Assembly: GCA_016432645.1 (NCBI GenBank)
Contig: CP066698.1
Coordinates: 645,062 to 709,061 of the forward strand
Length of the DNA: 64,000 bases
Source: Candidatus Falkowbacteria bacterium
GTDB taxonomy: Bacteria > Patescibacteriota > Patescibacteriia > Patescibacteriales > UBA12465
Reading direction: 5' to 3'
Positions 46,962-55,530 of the stretch are shown here, piece after piece. The position numbers were made by a program, and so were the translations under genes. The notes below the pieces were generated by a model. It saw only the letters and a program-made list of their open reading frames with translations. It did not search any database and was not told the origin of the DNA. Positions within the stretch are counted from its first letter, which is position 1. The number at the start of each line of letters is the position of its first letter.

Positions 46962-48734
46962 CTACTCGCTGATTAAATATTCATGCTTACTGCTAGTTTG
47001 CGGATGTTTTTTGAGACGCGAACAAGAATCGCATTTCCCGCAGGGCTTAGCACTTAAATCACCAAAATAATTTAAAATATATTCTTGACGGCAGCCAGTA
47101 TGATAAACATAGTTTTCCATCTCATCCAATTTTTCATAAGCACGCGCCGCTTTTTCTTTTAAAGCCTTAAAATCTAAATTTAAGTCTTCCGGCTCTACCA
47201 TTTTTAAAATTTTAATTTCCGTTCCCCTAAACGGCGGTTTATATTCCACCAAATCTTTCTCGGCTAATTTTTTAACTGCGCGCAATAATGAATCTTTTTT
47301 AACTTTTAAAACCACCGCCACTTCTTCCGGCGAAAAATCCCAGCCAGTTTCTAGTTCGGCTGCATATTTAAGCGATAATTTCTCCCAAATCTCGACTTGC
47401 ATTTTCGAGCGCTTACCAATAGCCGCTCCAATTTCCGCCAGTGGTCGCTTGGCTTTCAAAAAAGAACTAGAATTTTTTTCATTAGGACGGGAGATATAGC
47501 CTTCTTTTTCTAAAATTTTTAAAGCGGTGCCAATCGCCATTTCCGGAACACTCTCGGATAAGTTTTGGCCGATTTCGGCGTAGGTAACTAAAATAGAAGC
47601 GTCGGGGTCAATTTCTAATTCCGCCCGCCTTAACAAAAAATCATAAATCTCTACAATCAAGCGCGGTTCCGGATTATCACCCTTAATAAAAAACTCGCGC
47701 AAATATCTATCCTGCTGGTGATAAAATAACAAACAAAAACTATCAATTCCATCGCGCCCCGCCCGGCCCGCTTCTTGATAATAAGCTTCAACTGTTCCCG
47801 GCAAATCATGGTGGATAACAAAACGAATATCTTTTTTATTAATTCCCAAACCAAAAGCATTGGTCGCTACTACCACTCGCGCCGCGCCGCTCATAAATTG
47901 CTCCTGTACCCAATCGCGGCTACTAGCGTCCATCCCGGCATGATAAGCAACAGCTTTAATATCATTATCCATTAAGAGCTCCATAATCTCATCGGTCTTA
48001 GAGCGCGTGCCGGCATAAATAATCCCAGCACCTAAATCAGGATTGGTAACTAAAAAATTTAAAATATGTTCCAGCTTTTGACCGTTCTGTGAAGGAATAA
48101 CAGCGAGCTGTAAATTAGGGCGCGCAAAACCGCTAATAACTGTTTCCGGGTCTTTAAGCGCTAATTGTTTAATGATATCATCGCGCACTTCTGGGGTAGC
48201 GGTCGCGGTTAAAGCCACGACCGGCGGACGGCCGACAAAACGAACCGCATCTTTTAGGCGCAAGTAGCTGGGACGAAAATCGTGCCCCCATTGGCTGACG
48301 CAATGGGCTTCGTCAACTGCAAACAAAGAAATTTTAATTCCCTTAAGCCCTTCTAAAAAACTTTGGTTATAAAAACGCTCGGGAGCGATATAAATTATTT
48401 TATAATAACCCGCCTTTACTTTTTCTAAACGTGCACTCGCCTCATCCGGCGAAATTGAGGAATTAATGAAAGTGGCCGGAATGCCAACCCTCTCCAAAGA
48501 ATCAACTTGATCTTTCATAAGCGCAATCAGCGGCGAAACCACAATCGTGGCGCCTTCAAGCACTAAAGCCGGCAACTGAAAAATTAAAGATTTGCCGCCA
48601 CCGGTCGGCAAAACAACTAAGGTATCCCGGCTATGGAGAATATTATCAATTGCCTGTTCTTGCCCAGGCCGAAAAGACTCATAACCGTAATGAATCTTTA
48701 AAAGTTCCAATAATTGTTCTTTTTTCTTAAGCAT
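46962..48734 (-). CDS. recQ: ATP-dependent DNA helicase RecQ
   Basis: [61 protein letters not shown], and the Zn site CGKCDSC. I prefer the ATG start at 48734; the ORF track begins at a TTG two codons earlier. Confidence 0.93.
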   Translation of the reverse strand: MLKKKEQLLELLKIHYGYESFRPGQEQAIDNILHSRDTLVVLPTGGGKSLIFQLPALVLEGATIVVSPLIALMKDQVDSLERVGIPATFINSSISPDEASARLEKVKAGYYKIIYIAPERFYNQSFLEGLKGIKISLFAVDEAHCVSQWGHDFRPSYLRLKDAVRFVGRPPVVALTATATPEVRDDIIKQLALKDPETVISGFARPNLQLAVIPSQNGQKLEHILNFLVTNPDLGAGIIYAGTRSKTDEIMELLMDNDIKAVAYHAGMDASSRDWVQEQFMSGAARVVVATNAFGLGINKKDIRFVIHHDLPGTVEAYYQEAGRAGRDGIDSFCLLFYHQQDRYLREFFIKGDNPEPRLIVEIYDFLLRRAELEIDPDASILVTYAEIGQNLSESVPEMAIGTALKILEKEGYISRPNEKNSSSFLKAKRPLAEIGAAIGKRSKMQVEIWEKLSLKYAAELETGWDFSPEEVAVVLKVKKDSLLRAVKKLAEKDLVEYKPPFRGTEIKILKMVEPEDLNLDFKALKEKAARAYEKLDEMENYVYHTGCRQEYILNYFGDLSAKPCGKCDSCSRLKKHPQTSSKHEYLISE

Positions 48735-48762
48735 TGACAAAAATCGTTAAAGGTTGTATAAT
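48734..48762 (+). promoter_or_regulatory. consensus sigma70 promoter for 48812..49120
   Basis: TTGACA, 17 nt, TATAAT. The -35 hexamer overlaps the recQ start codon on the other strand. Confidence 0.6.
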
Positions 48763-48811
48763 AGTCCAATAGTTATTAATAGTTCATTTCAAAACATCAA
48801 AATACAGTATT

Positions 48812-49120
48812 ATGAAAGCAATTGCTCGTTTTTTTCTGATTATGAAAAATTTTTCCAATGATTTCGTTCAGTTTTTTAAGACCTCGCCACTTAGCAAGGG
48901 TAGAATCGTTTTACACCTATCAGCCATGGGATTTCTGGCGGCCTTCTTCATTATTGGAGGAATTTATGGCTTTGCCAAAGGAGATGATTTCTCCACCCTG
49001 GTGTTTGTACTTGTCGGCCTAATTTGCTTGGCTGCTGGCATCGTGGGTATTAACCCTAAATCATGTAAAGCTTTCTGGATAGAATCTCTTCCTCCAGACG
49101 ACTCACGCTTCGATGGCTAA
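48812..49120 (+). CDS. hypothetical 2-TM membrane protein
   Basis: 102 aa with two hydrophobic helices. Confidence 0.5.
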   Translation: MKAIARFFLIMKNFSNDFVQFFKTSPLSKGRIVLHLSAMGFLAAFFIIGGIYGFAKGDDFSTLVFVLVGLICLAAGIVGINPKSCKAFWIESLPPDDSRFDG

Positions 49121-49176
49121 CTAATTTGGTTTCAAAAACCAAAACATAAATCATCTTTCCCAAAAGATGATTTTTT

Positions 49177-49980
49177 TTATTCCCGCATATCCGAATTACG
49201 CCTAAAAATTTCCAAAACATTTTTAAACAAAAAGGCGACAGTCATCGGGCCAATTCCTCCCGGAACTGGCGTAATATAAGAGGCTTTATCTTGTAAATCA
49301 ACAAAGTCCGCATCGCCTAAAACTTCTTCGCCAACCTTAGTTATCCCAATATCAATTATCGCCACCCCATCTTTAACCATTTCTTTTTTAATTTTATGCG
49401 GCTCTCCTAAGGCGCTCACAATTAAATCAGCTTGAGTAATGTCTTCACGAGCGCAAATTTTAAAACCGCGTTCTGTTAAAAGCTCTTCTACTCCCTGCCC
49501 AAAAACATCAGAATTATAAAGTGCACAGGCGGTTTTACCGACGCCGGTCATTTTTATTTCATCCAAACAAGCTCCGACCGAAGCTAAAACCGGCGAAATA
49601 ATATAATCGGGATGTTGCGGATGAAAACCATCAACATCTTTATCGGGATTAATGGCTTCTATAATTTTATTGGTGTTAAATTTTTTTGGCAGCGGTAACT
49701 GAATTAAAATACCGTCTATGGACGAATCTTGATTTAAAAATTTTATTGTTGCGAGCAACTCTTCCTCGCCGGCGTCCTCATCAAATTTATAAAGATGGGT
49801 ATCGACACCAACCTTGACGCCCTCTTTCTGCTTAAGGGCAACATAAATTTTAGAATCTTCGCGTTCGCCCACTAAAATAATGGCCAAGTTTGGCCTTGGT
49901 CCATTAAGTTCAAATATTGTCTGCGTGATTTCATCTTTTATTCTTTCAGCAATCGCTTTACCGTCAATCAGTTTTACCAT
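49177..49980 (-). CDS. folD: bifunctional methylene-THF dehydrogenase / methenyl-THF cyclohydrolase
   Basis: LIDGKAIA, ILVGEREDSKIYV, ILIQLPLP, DVDGFHP and PVPGGIGPMTVA. Confidence 0.93.
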   Translation of the reverse strand: MVKLIDGKAIAERIKDEITQTIFELNGPRPNLAIILVGEREDSKIYVALKQKEGVKVGVDTHLYKFDEDAGEEELLATIKFLNQDSSIDGILIQLPLPKKFNTNKIIEAINPDKDVDGFHPQHPDYIISPVLASVGACLDEIKMTGVGKTACALYNSDVFGQGVEELLTERGFKICAREDITQADLIVSALGEPHKIKKEMVKDGVAIIDIGITKVGEEVLGDADFVDLQDKASYITPVPGGIGPMTVAFLFKNVLEIFRRNSDMRE

Positions 49981-50003
49981 AAGTTATTTGTCTTGTGAGA
50001 ATG

Positions 50004-51248
50004 TTATTTGGTTGGAATCGGAAACTTTGCACACAATTTTTTAATCTCTTCTTTAAGTTCCGCCAATTTAACTTCATCATCTTTATTCATTAAAGCCTTA
50101 TCCATTAAGGAAACAATTAATTTCATCTCCGCTTCTTTCATGCCTCTCGTGGTAATCGCCGGAGTTCCCAATCTAACTCCCGAAGGATTCATTGGCGGAT
50201 TTGGATCATTAGGAATAGTGGAACGAGAAACCGAAATGCCAATTTTTTCCCAAGCGATTTCCGCTTCCTTTCCGGCTAAGCCTTTACTGCTCAAATCAAC
50301 GACCATTAAATGATTATCGGTGCCGCCGGAAACTATTTTATAGCCGAGGCTTAAAAATTCTTCGGCCATTGTCTTGGCATTCTTAATTATCTGCGCCGCA
50401 TATTCAATAAACTCCGGCTTTAAAGCTTCACCAAAAGCGACAGCTTTAGCGGCAGTAATATGATCATGCGGGCCACCCTGCATCCCTGGAAAAACAGCAC
50501 TATTTACCTGCTTAGCATATTTTTCCTTGCACATAATAATCGCACCGCGCGGACCACGTAAAGTTTTATGCGTTGTCGTTGAAACAACGTCAAAAATTGG
50601 CACTGGATTTTTTAATTGCTTGCCGGCAATCAGCCCGGCAATATGGGCAATGTCCGCAAAAGTATAGGCCCCAATTTCATCAGCAATATCTTTAAATTTC
50701 TGCCAGTCAATTTCGCGAGAATAAGCGCTAAAACCAGCAACAATCATTTTTGGTTTTTCTCGCTTGGCAATTTCTCGAACTTCGTCCATATCAATAATTC
50801 CAGTTTCGGGATTAACACCATATTGAACAAAGTTATACAAGCGTCCGGAAAAATTAACACTATGCCCATGTGACAAATGGCCGCCATGATCCAGCTTCAA
50901 ACCTAAAACTTTATCACCCGGATTTAAAAAAGCCATATAAACCGCGGCATTAGCCGGGGAGCCGGACAATGGCTGAACGTTAACATGTTCAGCGTCAAAT
51001 AATTTTTTAACTCTCTCAATCGCTAAGTTTTCAATATCATCAATAATATAATTGCCGCCGTAATAACGATGTCCAGGGTAGCCCTCGCTATATTTATTAG
51101 TGAGCACAGTTGCCATTGCCTCCAAAACCGCCGGGGTCACATAATTTTCCGAAGCGATTAGTTCAATCTCTTCGTTCTGGCGTTTTTCTTCGCGCTCGAC
51201 GATTTCAAAAACCGCCTGGTCTTGATTTTGCAAATGGTCGTACTTCAT
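50004..51248 (-). CDS. glyA: serine hydroxymethyltransferase
   Basis: ELIASENY, KYSEGYPG.RYYGG, TTTHKTLRGPRG (PLP Lys) and SGVRLGTPA.TTRG. Start trimmed to the ATG at 51248. Confidence 0.95.
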   Translation of the reverse strand: MKYDHLQNQDQAVFEIVEREEKRQNEEIELIASENYVTPAVLEAMATVLTNKYSEGYPGHRYYGGNYIIDDIENLAIERVKKLFDAEHVNVQPLSGSPANAAVYMAFLNPGDKVLGLKLDHGGHLSHGHSVNFSGRLYNFVQYGVNPETGIIDMDEVREIAKREKPKMIVAGFSAYSREIDWQKFKDIADEIGAYTFADIAHIAGLIAGKQLKNPVPIFDVVSTTTHKTLRGPRGAIIMCKEKYAKQVNSAVFPGMQGGPHDHITAAKAVAFGEALKPEFIEYAAQIIKNAKTMAEEFLSLGYKIVSGGTDNHLMVVDLSSKGLAGKEAEIAWEKIGISVSRSTIPNDPNPPMNPSGVRLGTPAITTRGMKEAEMKLIVSLMDKALMNKDDEVKLAELKEEIKKLCAKFPIPTK

Positions 51249-51276
51249 ATTTTTATAGTTATTTTGTACTTTAATC

Positions 51277-52917
51277 TTAATCCAGCGAGGGCCTTTTGTC
51301 AAAACTCTTAAAGAGATAAGTATTTTTTAATTTATAACCGAATTTCTTATAATAACCGCGCACCCCTACCCCAGAAATTACTGCAATTTTTGCTAAATTA
51401 TTAGCCTTAACAATATCTTCAGCGGCCGCCAAAAGTTGTTTTCCTAATCCGCTATGTTGGACTTTTTTATCACCGCCGACAGAAACTAGTTTGCCATAGA
51501 CATGAAGTTCGCGAATAATTGCCGGAGCAATCGGACTATTACTATCCAGACGCAAACGGCAAAAACCATATAGCGTTTTATGATCAGCACTATCGGCACT
51601 TAAGAAAAATTCCAGGCCAGAAGAGGCTGGATATTCAATAATATTTATTTTAGGCGAAACAATATGACCATCCTTAACTTCGCGGCAACGAATACAATGG
51701 CATTTCACTCCCCGTTGCTGCATAACTTGCCGCAAATTGGTAATTTTATTACCGGCAATAATTGATTCTCCGGGAATATCGCGAATCAACCGGATAATGC
51801 GCACGTATTCAGGCACCGCTTCTTTGCATTTAACAATCAATTCCTGCAAAGTTTTGTCGGAATATGGTTTATATTTACCTTGACGATACCATTCGTATAA
51901 TAAGCTGCCTTTGGTGACAACGGTGGGATAAAACTTTATCTGATCCGGCTGAAAACGCTCATCATTAAACAACATCTTGAACATTTTTAAATCTTTAGCC
52001 GGAGTGGACCCGGGAAGGGCTGGCATAATATGGTAGGTGATTTTGAAGCCGTACTCTTTAAGGAGCTTGGTTGCTTCCGCGACTTCTTCAATTCCGTGAC
52101 CGCGCTGATTTAAGGCAAGAATCTTATCGTCAAGCGCCTGCACTCCCATTTCCACCCGAGTGCAGCCAAATATTCGCATTTCCTTTAACTCGGTCTCAGT
52201 AATATAATCCGGCCTGGTTTCTAAAGTTAAACCAATAATTCGGTATTTGGCGTTTTCATTTTTTTGCTGTTCACGTAAAAGGGCGGCCTGCAAATTAGCT
52301 AAACTTAAATTCTGTTTATAAAAAGAGTTAATATTAATTTTAAAGCTATTATCCTCTTTAGCGCCAGATAATTTTTTAAGGCGCAGGCGCGGATAATCAT
52401 TGGCAGCACGAAAACAATTAGCGATGTACCAGTATTTATATTTTTGTGGCAAATAACTCCAAGTGCCGCCAATAACAATAATTTCAATCTTCTCTGGTTC
52501 GTGGCCATTATTTTCTAAAGCCTTTAGCCTTAAAACAACCTGCTTATAGGGATCATATTGGCAACGAATCGCCCGCATAACTGCCGGTTCATTAGACAGA
52601 TAACTAACCGGAACGTCTTCCTGGCGCGGACAATAGGCGCAAGTTCCTGGACAAGGGTAAGATTTAGTCAAAACTGCTACCGGCGCAATACCGGATAAGG
52701 TTCGGACGCTTCTTTTACGCAACAAATTTTCAAATCTCTCCGATCGCTTAATTCTTTTAGCGGCTAAAAGCAGACGATAGGTCTTAAAAATGTCAGAATT
52801 AAGGATGGTTTTTAATTTAAATTGACGGCAATAAGCACGCTTAACATCCTCCAATTGGTCTCGAGTTTCGAGAATATTGACGTTTTCAAGGATTAATTTT
52901 TTTATTGCTTCAGCCAT
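51277..52917 (-). CDS. elp3: Elp3-family radical-SAM / GNAT acetyltransferase (tRNA U34 modification-type)
   Basis: CPGTCAYCP (Cx4Cx2C) cluster motif, RVEMGVQALDD, PDQIKFYPT, and a C-terminal GNAT HSGLGKQLL. 546 aa, the single-polypeptide architecture of archaeal/eukaryotic Elp3. Confidence 0.8.
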   Translation of the reverse strand: MAEAIKKLILENVNILETRDQLEDVKRAYCRQFKLKTILNSDIFKTYRLLLAAKRIKRSERFENLLRKRSVRTLSGIAPVAVLTKSYPCPGTCAYCPRQEDVPVSYLSNEPAVMRAIRCQYDPYKQVVLRLKALENNGHEPEKIEIIVIGGTWSYLPQKYKYWYIANCFRAANDYPRLRLKKLSGAKEDNSFKININSFYKQNLSLANLQAALLREQQKNENAKYRIIGLTLETRPDYITETELKEMRIFGCTRVEMGVQALDDKILALNQRGHGIEEVAEATKLLKEYGFKITYHIMPALPGSTPAKDLKMFKMLFNDERFQPDQIKFYPTVVTKGSLLYEWYRQGKYKPYSDKTLQELIVKCKEAVPEYVRIIRLIRDIPGESIIAGNKITNLRQVMQQRGVKCHCIRCREVKDGHIVSPKINIIEYPASSGLEFFLSADSADHKTLYGFCRLRLDSNSPIAPAIIRELHVYGKLVSVGGDKKVQHSGLGKQLLAAAEDIVKANNLAKIAVISGVGVRGYYKKFGYKLKNTYLFKSFDKRPSLD

Positions 52918-52988
52918 CTTTTTAGAGTATAATTAGTCTATAATCTAATTAACAATATAACATTTTACCAAATTTAACAAGGATTATT

Positions 52989-54125
52989 ATGAATATTAAA
53001 CATCTTAAAATCTTTATTATTACGGCTTTAATTATCATTCCTCTGGGGGTGTTCGGGGCTAGTAATAATAACGAACAAATTTTAATCGCCGAAAATGATG
53101 TTGTTTCCGGCAATCTGCTGGCAGCCAGTAAAAATATTACGGTAGACGGAACCGTGAGTGGCGATGTGATTGCCGCCGCCCAATCAATAACAATTAACGG
53201 CCGGGTTGAGGGCGATGTTTTGGCGGTTGCTCAAAATGTGGTAGTTAATGGTGAAGTGGGCGGGAACATCAGAGTACTCGGAAATTCTGTAACAATTAAC
53301 AGCCAAGTGGCCAGAAATGTTAATGCTTTTGGCGCCGATATCGTTATTAGCAAAGATGCCCGTATCGGTTGGGACGCGATGCTTTTCGCTTCTAGCGCTC
53401 AAATAAAAGGCGCTATCACCGGCGGTTTAACTGCTTATGTTCAAAATGTAATAATCTCTGGAAAAATCGGTAAAAATGCCGACCTGAAAACTTATGACAA
53501 AAATCAGGCGCAGAGAATAATTATTACCAAAGAAAGTATTATTAATGGCGACCTTAATTATACCTCAACAACCAGAGCGGAGATAGAATCAGGTGCGAAT
53601 ATTTCCGGACAAATTAACTACCAAGCACCGATAATTCAAAAAAAGAACAACGTCTCCGCTTGGATTTGGGCCAGAGTTTTTTCTATCCTCTCCATGATTT
53701 TAATCGGCTTAATATTCCTGTTTATCACCACCAAACACACTAACAATATTTTAAAGACTCTTAAAACTAAACCAGCAAAATCATTTTTAATCGGGGCGAT
53801 TATTTTTCTAATAATACCGCCACTGGCCATTGTTTTAGCAATCACAATTATCGGCCTACCGCTGGCCGCTATCCTATTATCTCTTTGGTTGGCTGGGATG
53901 TTCTTGGCGAAAACAATGGTGGCAATTTTTATGGGCAACTTATTAATTAAAGATTTAATTAAAAAACCCCAAACTCCTTTATTTTGGTCGCTAATCTTTG
54001 GAACGTTTATTATGTCAATATTATTTTCACTTCCGGTTGTCGGCTGGATTATAAGCTTGCTTACAATTTGGCTGGGCTTAGGAGGATTTTTATTTTATGT
54101 TACCAATCAATCAAAAAATATTTAA
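52989..54125 (+). CDS. bactofilin-like beta-helical repeat domain fused to a polytopic membrane domain
   Basis: Signal/TM, then a repeated (V/I).G.V.GDV.A.A..(V/I).(V/I)NG pattern over about 180 aa, then four to five TM helices. Confidence 0.5.
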   Translation: MNIKHLKIFIITALIIIPLGVFGASNNNEQILIAENDVVSGNLLAASKNITVDGTVSGDVIAAAQSITINGRVEGDVLAVAQNVVVNGEVGGNIRVLGNSVTINSQVARNVNAFGADIVISKDARIGWDAMLFASSAQIKGAITGGLTAYVQNVIISGKIGKNADLKTYDKNQAQRIIITKESIINGDLNYTSTTRAEIESGANISGQINYQAPIIQKKNNVSAWIWARVFSILSMILIGLIFLFITTKHTNNILKTLKTKPAKSFLIGAIIFLIIPPLAIVLAITIIGLPLAAILLSLWLAGMFLAKTMVAIFMGNLLIKDLIKKPQTPLFWSLIFGTFIMSILFSLPVVGWIISLLTIWLGLGGFLFYVTNQSKNI

Positions 54126-55470
54126 AGCTTACGACATTCGCGGAATCTACGGTGAAGACTTTGATAACGAGCTAGCTTATCGCTTAGGTTTAGCTTTTAT
54201 AGAACTAAGAAAAGCTGACTCTGATTATATTAACGGCCAAACCTTTAATATCGCCGTGGGGCGCGATATGCGAATTTCATCTCCACTACTTAAAGAAAAT
54301 TTAATCCGCGGACTGCAAGATGGTGGCGCTAATGTTCTGGATTTAGGACTGGTGGCGACTCCGACCTTCTATTTTGCGGTTGGCAAAAATAACTGCAATG
54401 GCGGCATCATGATTTCTGCTTCCCACAACCCTAAACAATGGAACGGCTTCAAACTGGTTAGAAGCAAAGGTGTGCCAATTAGCGGCGAAACCGGAATTAA
54501 TATTCTGAAAGATAAAATTTTAGAAAACAAATTTATCCCCGCCAAAATCCGCGGCCAGGTAACTTTGCAAGAAAATTCCTTGGAAGAAGAAATTGCTTAT
54601 ACGCTGAAGAGAGCGGACATCAATAAAATTAAAGCTTTAAAAATCGTGGCCGATGCGGCTAACGGCATGGGGGCGACTTATTTGAAAAAAATATTTGAAT
54701 ACTTGCCGACAACCTTAATTCCGTTAAATTTTGATCTAGACGGATCTTTCCCGGCGCATGAAGCTGATCCATTAAAAGAAGAAAATTTAGAACAATTAAA
54801 AAAAATGATTATTAGTCATCAGGCAGACTTGGGCATTGCGACTGATGGCGATGGTGATCGAATTTTCTTTGTTGATAATCAAGGGAAAACCATTAATCCG
54901 GCGATTGTCCGCGGCTTGCTCGCTAAATTATTCTTAAAAGAAAAGCCGGGTGCGAAAATCGGGTATGATGTGCGTCCAGGAAAAATTACCGCCGATTTAA
55001 TTACCAATAATGGTGGCCAAGCAATAATAACTAGGGTTGGTCATTCGCTCATCAAAGAACAAATGTTGAAAGAGGATATCTATTTTGCTGGTGAATCATC
55101 AGGACATTTTTACTTAAACACTGAACTTGGCTGTTTTGAATACCCGAGCATTATGATTTTAAAATTGCTCGCTCAATTTTCCGAGACCAGTCTCCCGGCA
55201 GCCAATTATGTTTCTGATTACCAAAAATATTTTGCTTCTGGGGAGATAAACCGAACCGTGAATAATAAAGATGAAGTGCTAAAAAAAATAGAAACTCAGT
55301 TCTCTGACGGCGACATCAACAAGCTGGATGGCGTCAGCGTTAGTTACCCCGACTTTTGGTTTAATGTGCGCGCCTCTAACACCGAGGATATTGTCAGATT
55401 AAACCTAGAAGCAATTAACCCAGAAATCATGAAAACCAAGACGGAAGAAATTTTAAAACTGATGGTTTAA
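54097..55470 (+). CDS. phosphomannomutase/phosphoglucomutase
   Basis: IFKAYDIRG, active-site SASHNPKQWNGFK, metal loop ATDGDGDR, and GESSGH. It overlaps the preceding gene by 29 nt. Confidence 0.88.
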   Translation: MLPINQKIFKAYDIRGIYGEDFDNELAYRLGLAFIELRKADSDYINGQTFNIAVGRDMRISSPLLKENLIRGLQDGGANVLDLGLVATPTFYFAVGKNNCNGGIMISASHNPKQWNGFKLVRSKGVPISGETGINILKDKILENKFIPAKIRGQVTLQENSLEEEIAYTLKRADINKIKALKIVADAANGMGATYLKKIFEYLPTTLIPLNFDLDGSFPAHEADPLKEENLEQLKKMIISHQADLGIATDGDGDRIFFVDNQGKTINPAIVRGLLAKLFLKEKPGAKIGYDVRPGKITADLITNNGGQAIITRVGHSLIKEQMLKEDIYFAGESSGHFYLNTELGCFEYPSIMILKLLAQFSETSLPAANYVSDYQKYFASGEINRTVNNKDEVLKKIETQFSDGDINKLDGVSVSYPDFWFNVRASNTEDIVRLNLEAINPEIMKTKTEEILKLMV

Positions 55471-55530
55471 AAATAGTTAAATAAAAAAGACCTTGAACAA
55501 TTCAAGGTCTTTTTTATTTAACTATTTTTA
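55468..55530. terminator. 63-nt perfect inverted repeat (30-bp arms, 3-nt loop) running from stop codon to stop codon of two convergent genes
   Basis: taaaaatagttaaataaaaaagaccttgaa-caa-ttcaaggtcttttttatttaactattttta. The GC core agaccttgaa/ttcaaggtct has A/T-run flanks. Confidence 0.8.
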
